A DNA stretch of 64,000 bases from an uncultured Rivularia sp. (lineage in GTDB: Bacteria; Cyanobacteriota; Cyanobacteriia; Cyanobacteriales; Nostocaceae): the NCBI GenBank assembly GCA_963665115.1, contig OY762007.1, positions 7,680,001-7,744,000 on the forward strand. The letters run 5' to 3'. Position 1 is the stretch's first letter, and each line of letters opens with the position of its first letter. Below the pieces are notes generated by a model that worked only from the letters and a program-made list of their open reading frames with translations, had not been told where the DNA came from and made no database searches. Below are positions 20,370-30,876 of the stretch, piece by piece. Position numbers and translations under genes: made by a program.

Positions 20370-20462
20370 ATACCTTAATTCTTAAAGACAGAGTTTATAA
20401 ATGCTCAAACTGCGGTTTGGAGATAGATAGAGATTTAAACGCATCATTAAATCTCGCAAAAC
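20370..20462 (+). pseudogene. tnpB: tnpB C-terminal relic (IS200/IS605/IS607 family)
   Basis: Translates to LILKDRVYKCSNCGLEIDRDLNASLNL: zinc ribbon plus the RuvC-III DRD.NA motif. Confidence 0.85.
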
Positions 20463-20570
20463 TAGTAGTCCTTTTCATTTGTTTTGACGGGTTGTAGAGA
20501 CGTTATACATAACGTCTCCCGAAGGTTACGGGAAAAACGAACCCTTCAGAATTTATGCAATCAACTACTA
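20463..20570 (+). mobile_element. TA-flanked MITE-like element (family A)
   Basis: TAGTAGTCCTTTTCATTTGTTTTGACGGGT-TGTAGAGACGTTATACATAACGTCTCC...ACCCTTCAGAATTTATGCAATCAACTACTA. Confidence 0.8.
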
Positions 20571-20710
20571 ACCTCAAAATAAATAGAAAAAATGTAGGTC
20601 GGCTCAAACCTTCTAAGCCTGTGGATGGATAGCTGCTCCCACGCTCTGGTAGAAACAGCAAGTAAAAGTTTAAGCGTCACAAATTGTCCATCTTTTACAG
20701 AGCAGTTTCT
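20571..20710 (+). mobile_element. Probable right end / omega-RNA region of the tnpB element
   Basis: AAGCCTGTGGATGG...GCTCCCACGCTCTGGTAGAAACAGCAAG resembles the GCCTGTGGA...GAAGCAGGAA right-end pattern that follows tnpB genes. Confidence 0.55.
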
Positions 20711-20849
20711 AAAGCATTTAACAATATCTATGTTAATAGTTACGTAATTAAAATAACACTTAGAATATTTATGTACTAAGAGTTCAAGCAGGAAGTTTAG
20801 GATGTATTTTGGAAGATTTTCAATCCAAAATCCAAAATCCAAAATCATT

Positions 20850-21587
20850 TCAATTGATTTTCTTCGCTTTTCTTCGAGAAATCAAGTAAAAACCAAGCAC
20901 AGATAAACCAACTCCAAAACCCGGTTCGGGAATTTCTTGTTTAGAAAAAGTAACTTTGTCGATTTTAGCAAAAACAGAAGCTGTTGTTTTCCCACCTTCA
21001 AGCGCTCGGAATTGATTAACCCGTGTTTTACCGTTATCTTGACTAAATCCAGCTAAAGATAAAGTATATTTATTGTCATTGTATGTAAAACTACGCTTGG
21101 CGTTATTTTCAACAACGAATAAAAAATCTGCGTTTAATTCTGGATCGTCTGAAAGATTGGGAGTATTTTGTAGAGAAAATCCATAGTCAAGAACTTCGTT
21201 AATCTCAGGTGGTTCGCTAAAAGATAAACTAAGATTTAAAGGTACCGATTCTACACTTGTGCCTAAAAGTACCGTGCCGTTGCGATAAGTTAAATCCCCG
21301 ATCTTAAATAAAGAACCCGCATCGGTAGAAAAAGAACTTCCTTCAAATACAAGCTGATTGGCAGAGGCACCTTCAAAAAGACTTGGATCTCCCCAAGTAA
21401 ATACGTTAGTGTCTACCCCGGTATAAACAGATTCACTATTTATGCTTCCACGAGTCGGTATTCCCCAGCTACCATTAACGCTACCAGAAAAAGTAGTAGC
21501 TTTAGCTTGACTAGAAAAGCCAATTACACTCAATGCTGCAACTGCAAACGGAAACACAGCTCTATTAAAAAACAAATTTATTTTCAT
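20850..21587 (-). CDS. PEP-CTERM surface protein (choice-of-anchor K-like)
   Basis: Signal peptide, FTWGDP, IGDLTYRNGTV, and C-terminal IPEP-hydrophobic helix-RRKAKK. Confidence 0.8.
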   Translation of the reverse strand: MKINLFFNRAVFPFAVAALSVIGFSSQAKATTFSGSVNGSWGIPTRGSINSESVYTGVDTNVFTWGDPSLFEGASANQLVFEGSSFSTDAGSLFKIGDLTYRNGTVLLGTSVESVPLNLSLSFSEPPEINEVLDYGFSLQNTPNLSDDPELNADFLFVVENNAKRSFTYNDNKYTLSLAGFSQDNGKTRVNQFRALEGGKTTASVFAKIDKVTFSKQEIPEPGFGVGLSVLGFYLISRRKAKKIN

Positions 21588-22201
21588 ATATAAGTACCAA
21601 CTCCCATAAAGGAGCATTCAACATACAAACAACCAGTCTAGATTAGTAAAAATACGCATATTTCGCCAATATTTACTACAGTTTTCACAGAAACTTTATA
21701 TTTGACAGGAGAAACTTGTAAATATTTTTAATTGCGGAACTTTTTTTAATAAGTCTTTTACTTATGCAGATAATATTTATATCTTTAACTGCAATAGAGG
21801 GATACAGATACTGTTTTTGTAACTAATTATACTTTTAATACTATGTCAGAGAATTAATACTTATGTATTTACACTTAATGATAATATGCGAGATTTTAAG
21901 CCTTTGTCAACTTTGATTCTCATTATCAATGAGTGGGGGAATGGGGAGTAGGGAGTAGGGAGTTGGGAGTAGAGAGTAGTGAGTAAAGAAATTTATTTAA
22001 AAGTTGTAGTTGCTTGGTATAAAAACAAACAAGCGTGCCAGATGATGTTACTCTGACACACTTTAAAAAATTCTGGATTTTAACAATGTATTTTTAGATT
22101 TTAAAGTTAGGAGTTAGGAGTTGGGAGTTGGGAGTTAATAATTTAGAATAATTTCAACTTCCCCTTGTCCCCTTGTCCCCTTGTCTCCCAATCTCTTTCA
22201 A

Positions 22202-23425
22202 CTAGGGCGCAAGAGCGTTACCGCGAATTAAGCTACCAATGGTTTTGGCAGTAATTTTCATTTGAGTGATAGGGTTGGCTGGGACAACTGTTTTATATAG
22301 ATAGCTGTCAAAAGTCAACCGCTGAACATCAAGATCGCCACACATTTCGACGAATGCTTCGCGGGTAGCGTCGGAACGGTAGAATACGTTCTGTAAGATG
22401 TCGAGTACCTTGTAGGTAAGCCCGTATTTTTTATCCCAACGCTTCAGATAAACTTTTAAATCTGCTTCGGTGGGGATAGACTGTCCGCTGTTGGAGAGTT
22501 CTACGATGGTTTCAGCACACATCCGTCCGGATTTTGCAGCGAAGTAAATTCCTTCTCCGGAAGATTTGGTAACGTAACCAGCCGCATCTCCAACTAATGC
22601 AATGCGTCCGACTACACGACGGGGGCGGGGATGTTCGGGGATGGGGTGCGCTTCAACTTTAATAATTTTACCGCCATCAAGTTTTCTGGCTGCGCGAGCG
22701 CGGATACCAGCTTGCAATTGTTTGATGCTAGCTTTATTAACCTGCATGGTACCCGTACCAACCGCTACGTGGTCGTATTTGGGGAAAACCCAAGCGTAGA
22801 AATCGGTGGAAACATCATTACCGACATACATTTCTGCTAAGTCGTTATAATATGCCATTTTGTCTTCGGGAAGACGGATGCGTTCTTGGAAAGCAATGGC
22901 ATAGTTATAATCGCCAGCATCCATTTCCTTGGCAATACGGGAATTTGCTCCGTCAGCACCAATAATTAAATCAACTTTTAGGGTTTTTGCAATACCTTTT
23001 GCGCCACCTTCTGTATGGTCAACATAGTGGATTGTATAAGGGTCTGTATTATTTCTGGGAAAATCTAATTTATGAACTGTAGCATTAATTAAATGAGCGC
23101 CTAATTTAGCTGCTCGATCTCGCATGAAGCCGTCTAAAACTTCACGACGACACATTCCTATATATTCATCTTCATTTACTAAATTGATATCAACCTCACG
23201 ATTCGAGGGTGAAATCATCTTCATTTTCCGCACTCGACGGTCGATGATATCTGCTGGAAGGTCGAATTCATCAACCATACACAGCGGTATCGCACCACCG
23301 CAAGGCTTGGCATTATCTAACTTACGTTCAAATAAATAGGTTTCAATCCCCGCTTTCGCTAAAGTTTCAGCAGCAGATGAACCCGCAGGACCCGAGCCTA
23401 CAACAGCAACCCTAAGTGTCGGCAT
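22202..23425 (-). CDS. chlP: Geranylgeranyl reductase
   Basis: LRVAVVGSGPAG, AKPCGGAIPLC, VGDAAGYVTKSSGEGIYFAAKSG. GGAG precedes the ATG at 23425. Confidence 0.97.
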   Translation of the reverse strand: MPTLRVAVVGSGPAGSSAAETLAKAGIETYLFERKLDNAKPCGGAIPLCMVDEFDLPADIIDRRVRKMKMISPSNREVDINLVNEDEYIGMCRREVLDGFMRDRAAKLGAHLINATVHKLDFPRNNTDPYTIHYVDHTEGGAKGIAKTLKVDLIIGADGANSRIAKEMDAGDYNYAIAFQERIRLPEDKMAYYNDLAEMYVGNDVSTDFYAWVFPKYDHVAVGTGTMQVNKASIKQLQAGIRARAARKLDGGKIIKVEAHPIPEHPRPRRVVGRIALVGDAAGYVTKSSGEGIYFAAKSGRMCAETIVELSNSGQSIPTEADLKVYLKRWDKKYGLTYKVLDILQNVFYRSDATREAFVEMCGDLDVQRLTFDSYLYKTVVPANPITQMKITAKTIGSLIRGNALAP

Positions 23426-23584
23426 TGTTTCTCCCATACTTGACATTACCTCGAAGCATCGTATCACGGACTTTTGACCCTTTTTCCTCTTTACCCCCAG
23501 GATTTAATTGAAATGCAACATTCCTTAATTTTTCTACATCTTAGAGTTTCTTCAAAGCAGTGTAGTTGGGATGGCCGCTGCTGC

Positions 23585-23688
23585 GGATTGCTACGAATAA
23601 TTTTGCGGCGTGTAGAGACGTAGCAGTGCTACGTCTCCTGGCATTTCCGGAAAAACGAACCCGTTAAATTTAATGCAATTGACTAATA
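23585..23688 (+). mobile_element. Degenerate copy of the family A MITE-like element
   Basis: Core TGTAGAGACGTAGCAGTGCTACGTCTCC and right TIR ACCCGTTAAATTTAATGCAATTGACTAATA. Left TIR eroded. Confidence 0.65.
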
Positions 23689-23795
23689 GTGCGTGGTAAT
23701 TTTGATTAATTTTGATGAGCCGCACCTGCGGTGAACAGTTCGCTTACCCCCAAAACTGCTTTGAGACGCGATACCCTTGCGTCTCTACAAATCGA

Positions 23796-24593
23796 TCAAT
23801 TTCCCTGTACGAGTTTAGACATCTTTGTTACTTGTTTTCTTGGTAAAAATCTCACTGCCTCAGCTAAAATTCGATTTTTTGCGCCGGGAATGACGATGGT
23901 TTTCCCCTTCATTAAGCCGCGAAAACCAATTTCGGCTACAGTTTTTGCATCCATCATCTTCATATCCTTCATTCGCTGGGAATCTTCGGTTCCCGTTCTC
24001 TTATGAAAAGCGGATTGTGTTGGTCCGGGACAAAGTACAGTTACGCTTACTCCAGTATCTTCAAGTTCGTTGGCGATCGCCTCTGAAAAAGACAAAATAT
24101 AAGCTTTGGTAGCAAAATAAACTGACATTAACGGTCCTGGTTGAAAAGCGGCTGTAGAACTGACATTCAAGATTTTGCCCTCGCCTTTCTCTACCATGTG
24201 TTTGAGGAACAATTTTGTTAAGTGCGTCAAACACACTAAGTTTACCTGGATCATTTCTAATTCGGAATTCAAATTAGTTTCGTGAAATAATCCATAGATA
24301 CCGAATCCGGCATTATTAACTAATACATCAATGTGAATCGATGCTTGCTGTAATTCTAGATAAATAGCTTCTGGAGATGTTGGAATAGATAAATCTTTGG
24401 CAATACTGGTGACACAAATATTATATTCTTGAGTAAACCGATCGGAAATTTCGATAAGCTTTTGTTCGTTTATATCTACTAATACAAGATTGTAGTTATG
24501 GCTAGCGAAAATACAGGTGAATTCGTAGCCAATTCCGCTACAGGCTCCGGTAATTAAAGCAGTTTTTCGAGGCTGAGTTTGAGGTTTAAACAT
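23796..24593 (-). CDS. Short-chain dehydrogenase/reductase
   Basis: TGACSGIG, NNAG, YFATK. Confidence 0.9.
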   Translation of the reverse strand: MFKPQTQPRKTALITGACSGIGYEFTCIFASHNYNLVLVDINEQKLIEISDRFTQEYNICVTSIAKDLSIPTSPEAIYLELQQASIHIDVLVNNAGFGIYGLFHETNLNSELEMIQVNLVCLTHLTKLFLKHMVEKGEGKILNVSSTAAFQPGPLMSVYFATKAYILSFSEAIANELEDTGVSVTVLCPGPTQSAFHKRTGTEDSQRMKDMKMMDAKTVAEIGFRGLMKGKTIVIPGAKNRILAEAVRFLPRKQVTKMSKLVQGN

Positions 24594-25490
24594 TATAGTT
24601 AATGGTTAATTAAAATTAAACTAGTTTTAAGGTATTACTAAGCAAATTGAAGTTTTGATGCTGATACAGAGAGGACAATGGGGAAAAATTATACAAATAA
24701 ACCTACACTGATAATAAAGTGGTTAAACAATTCATCTCTAAATCTACTCCTTAGAATATTCGGAGTGATTCGCACAATTTTAAGTTACTCGTTACTTAAC
24801 TTTTGTTACATCTAGAACTAATAAAATACAGCAGATTTAACTTCAAAATAAGAGTTTACAACTTCAGATAAGTTACCCCCTTAATTAATATAATTAACGA
24901 CAAATAGTTTGACAGTATTGTAACTGCCAAACTAAAAAACCATTATGCTTAGAATCTCTTATATTCCAGTTTTTTTTTGTAATTTTTGATTCATTACTTT
25001 GATATATCCAAGCAAAAACATCCATAACGGTAGTACGAGAGTTGGTAGTGCTTCTCTCATCTTCCGTGGAAGGGGTGCCTCATACAACACGGGCATTCCT
25101 TTTTTTTCTTTTCAATTCATAAATGGCGATCGCCCACACTGCGCTGTGGCTCGACAACAGTTACGGCTATGATATCAACTTTTATCCAATAGTCAAATTT
25201 TCAAGGAATCTAAACAGCTAATGCAAACATTAGCTATCGTTGATGAGTTAATTTGAGTAAAAATATACTGTAATAACTTGTCGCGATTTTTCATTAAGGG
25301 CATTGTAGTCCAAAAAATAACGAAACTTAGCACAAAGCAAATCGAACCTTTTTTGAATTAAAAATGCAAAATTAAAATTTTAATTGTTTAATTATTGTTA
25401 AGAAATATTGCGTAAAAGATATTTCAGAACTCATAAAAAGGTAGCTTATTTCTAAAGCTTTTAGAATTATCTTTATCGAGGCATTGATTA

Positions 25491-28400
25491 ATGAAAATCA
25501 TTCATGGTACATGGATACCAAATGCCGAGTTTAATTTTATTCAAGCAGGTTCTTTTTGTTTGTGGGTAGAAGTACCTTCGGGTGCGGGAAAACCCAGCAA
25601 GGAACAAGTTCACCCCAGACATCTAAAAAAAGATGAATTAGTAACTTTTTTAACTCAAGAATTAGGGCTTAAGGAAAATGCCTTGCAGCTAAAAGAACGC
25701 ATATCCCCTAAATACTTTGCTCTTCCTACGTTTGAGAATCAACCTCTCCCTTCACCAGAATTAACTAAATACTTGGAAACGGAAGCAATTACAGAATATG
25801 AAGGATTTCAGTATTGGCAAATAGATTGTTACAAAACAGTAGCTTGTACTAAAACAGATTCTTCTCACATTGCAACTGCTGTTAATATAATCAAATTTAT
25901 TAACGATATTCACTTTTTAGCACTGTACAATTTGGGTGAATTTCAACTGGGTTCTGATTTATTGTTCTGGTATCATTACACCCAAGCTTTTAAACCAATA
26001 ATTCTTAAAGACCAGTATATTCCAGCACTCAAATATCAACTATTAGAAAATACTCCAACCATCAATAAAGTAAAGCAAAAGTCACATAAAAACAATAATT
26101 TTGAAATTTATCCTAGCTGGGAAATTATTTCCGAGCAATACGAATCCAATATTAAAAAATACGTTGAATATATGCCATCTATTTGTATGGCAGGTTCATT
26201 TATATTCAGCGATACGGTAGAGTTTTTTGACCCAGAACCCTTGTTACGCCATTTTTCGGAATACTTACTAAATAACTTAGTAACCCACACGCAATCTACG
26301 GCAGCTTTCGATAAAAAAATTACAGATTCCTTAGTTCACCATTGCCTTCATTCTAAAAAGCATAATCCCCTCACAACCAATAATAAAGCAGAAGAATATC
26401 AACAATGGTTGGTGTGGAAAAATAAGATTACCCGTACAACTGCCGATTCTTCCTTCCATCTATGTTTTCAATTAGACTCTGCAACAGCAGATTTTATCGA
26501 TAATTGGCAAATGCATTTCTTGGTATCCAGTAAAAAAGACCCTTCTTTGAAGTTATTGTTGGCTGATTACTGGACTCAAAGTGCAAAAGCGAAAACGAAT
26601 ATACATAAAGACTTTGGCAAGGATTTTGAAAAGAATCTGTTGTTAAATTTGGGTTATGCAGCGCGGATGTATCCCAACTTATGGAAAGGTTTAGAGTGCG
26701 ATCGCCCTACCGGATTGCAATTAACTTTGGATGAAGCATTTGGTTTTCTCAAAGAAAGTGCTTGGGTGTTGGAAGATTCTGGTTTTAAGGTAATTGTACC
26801 TGCATGGTATACCCCCACAGGTCGCCATCGTGCCAAAATTCGCCTCAAAGCTTCTTCTAAGAAGAATGGAGCAAGTAAAAGTAAAACAAAAAGCTATTTT
26901 AATTTAGATTCTTTGGTGCAATACCAATACGAATTAGCCATCGGGGAGCAGGTTGTTACATCTTCTGAATGGGAACAATTAGTTAATGCAAAATCTTCCT
27001 TAGTTAACTTTCGCGGACAGTGGATGGAACTCGATCGCGATAAAATGCAGCAATTACTGGAATTCTGGCAGCAAAATGCAGATGAACAGCCAGAGATGAC
27101 GCTGTTGGAATTTTTACAAAAAAGCGCCGAAGCCGGGGATGATTGGGAAATTGAACATGATGAAGCGTTGTCAGCAATGATGGCAAAGCTGCAAGATAAA
27201 AGCCAGTTAGAACCAGTTGCACAATTAACAAATTTACAAGGAACTTTAAGAGAATATCAAAAGCGAGGTGTATCGTGGCTGAATTATTTGGAAACGGTTG
27301 GGATTAAACGGTTGTTTGGCAGACGATATGGGTTTAGGGAAATCCGTACAGGTAATTGCGCGATTGGTACAGGAAAAAGAACAAATCAATCAAGAGAATA
27401 ATTTAACTACCTTGTTAATTGCACCGACTTCGGTTGTCGGAAACTGGCAGAAAGAGATTGTTAAATTTGCACCTCATCTCAAAACGATGGTACACCACGG
27501 TGGAAGCCGCCTTCAAACAACCGCAGAATTTAAAGCTGCTTGCGAGCAATATGATGTGATAATTAGTTCCTTTACCTTAGCCCGTAAGGATGAAAAGTTA
27601 TTTAATAGTATTAAATGGCAGCGGGTAGTTTTAGATGAAGCTCAAAATATTAAAAATCCTAAATCCGCGCAAACAAAAGCAATCCTGAAGCTTTCAGCTA
27701 AACATCGACTAGCTTTAACGGGAACTCCGGTAGAAAACCGTTTATTAGATTTATGGTCGATTTTTAACTTTCTCAATCCCGGTTATTTGGGTAAAGAAAC
27801 GCAATTTCGCAAGTCTTTTGAGATTCCCATTCAAAAAGATAATAATAAAGTTAAGTCAATTACCTTGAAAAAATTGGTTGAACCTTTGATTTTACGTCGT
27901 GTAAAAACTGACCAATCTATCATCAGCGATTTGCCCGATAAAGTTGAGCAAAAACTATATACTAATTTAACCAAAGAGCAAGCATCCTTATATGAAGTAG
28001 TCGTCAAAGACGTAGAAAAGCAACTTCAAGATGCACAAGGGATTCAACGTAAAGGATTGATACTTTCCACCTTGATGAAATTAAAGCAGATTTGTAACCA
28101 CCCCGCCCAATTTCTTCAAGATAATAGCGAATTTTCCCCAGAGCGATCGCACAAACTGAGCCGTTTAGCAGAAATGGTCGAAGAAGCGATTTCTTCCGGG
28201 GAAAGTATGCTTATATTCAGCCAATTTACCGAAGTATGCGTGGGCATAGAAAAATATATCAAACAAAATTTATATTGTAATACCTACTATTTACATGGCG
28301 GCACTAATCGCAAACGTCGTGAGAATATGATTGCAGAATTTCAACACCGGGAAACAGAACCATCAGTTTTTATACTTTCCCTAAAAGCAGGTGGTGTCGG

Positions 28401-28686
28401 TATTACGCTAACTAAAGCTAATCACGTGTTTCATTTTGACCGTTGGTGGAATCCCGCAGTAGAAAACCAGGCTACAGACAGAGCTTTTCGGATTGGTCAA
28501 AAAAAGAATGTTTTCGTACACAAATTTGTTTCTATTGGCACTTTAGAAGAAAAAATTGATCGGATGATTGAGGACAAGAAAAAGCTTTCTTCTGCGGTGG
28601 TAGGTAGTGATGAATCTTGGTTGACAGAGTTAGACAATAATGCTTTTAAACAGCTAATTGCATTGAACAAAACCGCAATATTGTAA
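25491..28686 (+). CDS. SNF2-family helicase with N-terminal DUF3670-like region (frameshift at ~27295)
   Basis: LREYQKRGVSWL joins CLADDMGLGKS after removing one base. DEAQ, LTGTPVEN, DRWWNPAVENQATDRAFRIGQ. Confidence 0.9.
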
Positions 28687-28700
28687 GGGAGGTAGATAAT

Positions 28701-29540
28701 ATGGCAAAGTTTAGCAGAACTTGGTGGGGCGATCGTTTTATTCAAGCATTAGAAGAATTTACTGATGATAATCGGTTAAAACGCGGACGCTCTTACGCTC
28801 GTGGTGGTAAGGTGAAAAGTTTTAACATTCAAGAAAATCATATTAGTGCTAAGGTAAGAGGCTCGGTGAATCCTTACTTTGGAGTTTACAAGGAACCGAC
28901 ATATAAGATTGAAATAGAAATTAAATCAATTGCTAAGACAAAATGGAAGCAAGCTATTGATAAACTATCGTCCAAAGCTAGTGCTGTTTCTCGATTGTTA
29001 TTAAACGAAGTCCCAGAAAACATTGAAGATACATTTTCCGAATTAGGATTAAATTTATTACCCGGTAGTAGAGAAGATTTTAAAACTAGCTGTTCTTGTC
29101 CCGATTATGCCAATCCCTGCAAGCATATAGCAGGAGTCTATTACCTGGTTGCATCCCAGCTAGACCAAAATCCCTTTTTATTATTTGAACTGCGGGGATT
29201 ATCTAAAACAGAGTTACAAAATAAATTAGCAACATCACCATTAGGTAAAGCTTTATCTTCCGAACTAAATCTCCAAGAAATTCCCATAGAAGTTTGTACC
29301 TCTTTTTATTCTAAGTTAGAAAAAAAACAAATTACTCAAAAGCCGAATATTAAAGAATTTTGGTTGGGTAAAAAAAGATTACCTCAAACAATTGAAGTAG
29401 CCAGTCAAAGTGGAGTTTCGGCAATTTTGATTAAAAAGCAAGGGGATTATCCACCCTTTTGGGATAAGGATAATTCCTTTATTGAAGCTATGGAAGAATT
29501 GTATGAGCGGGTGAAAACCAAAAATCAGAATTTGATCTGA
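28701..29540 (+). CDS. SWIM zinc-finger protein
   Basis: RLKRGRSYAR and CSCPDYANPCKH. GGAGG RBS, 14 bp after the SNF2 stop. Confidence 0.92.
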   Translation: MAKFSRTWWGDRFIQALEEFTDDNRLKRGRSYARGGKVKSFNIQENHISAKVRGSVNPYFGVYKEPTYKIEIEIKSIAKTKWKQAIDKLSSKASAVSRLLLNEVPENIEDTFSELGLNLLPGSREDFKTSCSCPDYANPCKHIAGVYYLVASQLDQNPFLLFELRGLSKTELQNKLATSPLGKALSSELNLQEIPIEVCTSFYSKLEKKQITQKPNIKEFWLGKKRLPQTIEVASQSGVSAILIKKQGDYPPFWDKDNSFIEAMEELYERVKTKNQNLI

Positions 29541-29592
29541 AAATTTTTTATTAGGAAATGATAAATTTTCGCTTTCTTCCATTCCTTTTTAC

Positions 29593-29800
29593 CTAAGCTT
29601 TCATCCCTCCCGCAGCAAATTTAACGAGACGAGCAATCGCATTTTCTATTTCTTCTGGTGAAGTCCCCCGTTATCAGCTTTCCCGACTGACCGATTTGAT
29701 TTAAGGTACGGACTAATAATGCTACTACTAAATCTAATTCCCACTCTAGTTCTAAACGTGTTTGATTGGGAAACGCTTGCTGAAGAATATCCAAAAAACG
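29593..29800 (-). pseudogene. TetR/AcrR (PsrA-like) regulator, C-terminal relic
   Basis: FLDILQQAFPNQTRLELEWELDLVVALL... and, in a shifted frame, PEEIENAIARLVKFAAGGMKA*. Confidence 0.55.
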
Positions 29801-29801
29801 C

Positions 29802-29886
29802 TACAGTTAGATTAAAGCTGACAGATACCATTCCTACAGAAGGTTTTTGGCTGCCTAATAAAGCCTTAACTCAGGGATTGCGGGGT
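29802..29886 (+). pseudogene. Internal relic of an RND periplasmic adaptor (MFP) gene
   Basis: TVRLKLTDTIPTEGFWLPNKALTQGLRG resembles the MFP segment G.WLP..AL..G.RGLW. Confidence 0.5.
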
Positions 29887-29929
29887 TCTCGACATATTAA
29901 TCCTTACCGCGTCAAGAAGATCCAACACA

Positions 29930-30029
29930 AGTAACCCCCAACACATAGAAGCCCCAATGGTGGTAATTGTTCGCGAGGAATGCGGCTACCTATTGACGGA
30001 TGTGGCGGATTTACAATCGAGATTTTCAT
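29930..30029 (-). pseudogene. N-terminal relic of a B12-binding radical SAM protein (BchE-like)
   Basis: MKISIVNPPHPSIGSRIPREQLPPLGLLCVGG, then similarity is lost. Confidence 0.65.
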
Positions 30030-30300
30030 AATGCACCGTACTTAGCTATAGCCACAATTATTTACTATACGCAAAAATCAGGTGTATCACATTCATTAAT
30101 TCAAGTCGAAAAAAGGTTACAAAAATTTGAATCGCATCGAGCGATCAATATTCTATGCACAGGAATTTTTAGTTACGTTAGATTTAAAAATAATCGGGAT
30201 TACCCCCGTACTTGCGTCTGATATCTCTGAACATTGAATCTTCTATATACGAATGAATTTATATTTTATTTTTAAATTAGCGTTGCAAAACGCATCCAAC

Positions 30301-30410
30301 TTGCCTTTATATTTATGGAACAGCATTTTAGAGCAGCAAGAAGAATTTCCCTTGAGTGAAGCTCAAAAACAAGAATTAGATAAGCGGCTAAAAAATTATA
30401 ATAAAGATTA
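30301..30410 (+). pseudogene. Relic of a putative addiction-module component (TIGR02574-like antitoxin)
   Basis: LWNSILEQQEEFPLSEAQKQELDKRLKNY. Confidence 0.6.
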
Positions 30411-30531
30411 GCTATATACCATTTAGGATACACTTGTACTTAACTAAAGATAGAGCCAATTAAATAAGTTAATATTTTAAAATTGATTTAGATAACTAAT
30501 ATGTAAACCAAATTTTGGGAGATAATCATTT

Positions 30532-30609
30532 ATGCAACCTTGGATGCTTTGGGCAGGAGCTTTTACATCACTCGTTGGGTTATGGGTAATAGCTAATTTA
30601 ATGTATTGA
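30532..30609 (+). CDS. Possible 25-aa single-TM peptide
   Basis: MQPWMLWAGAFTSLVGLWVIANLMY with GGAG upstream. Confidence 0.3.
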   Translation: MQPWMLWAGAFTSLVGLWVIANLMY

Positions 30610-30708
30610 TTAGATATTTTTGCTTGGTAAATCTCTCAATACAGAAATAGATTTTTAACGAATCAATGAGAGTTAACTTATAATCTATTTTGATGTAGTT
30701 TCTTAGAA

Positions 30709-30762
30709 GATGTTGGGTTACAACACGATTAAAATTGGTTGTCGTGTCTAACCCAACCTACT
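30709..30762. repeat. GTAGGTTGGGTT-type REP-like hairpin
   Basis: GATGTTGGGTTACAACAC...GTGTCTAACCCAACCTAC. Same ends as 63095-63194. Confidence 0.65.
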
Positions 30763-30876
30763 AGCTTATGAGGAGGTTAAAGGTATTTAATTTCCTCGCA
30801 ACAAATGGAACTAACAAATTTTTATCAAATCCTCAAATTTTGTGAGGTAAGGGTTTTAGAATGTGTTAGTTAGGAG

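Noticed and set aside
20561..20848. 95-aa ORF
   Set aside because: Starts in an ATTTTGG repeat and runs antisense over the IS right end. No recognisable motif.
25020..25260. GC-richer patch upstream of SNF2 as a riboswitch or small ORF
   Set aside because: I could not recognise any riboswitch consensus or protein similarity. An Rfam/BLASTX search is needed.
27280..27310. Programmed ribosomal frameshift in SNF2 (or treS)
   Set aside because: No slippery heptamer or stimulatory structure. It matches the window-wide insertion error pattern.
29719..29934. 71-aa ORF as a real gene
   Set aside because: A chimera of antisense TetR relic, MFP relic and junction sequence.
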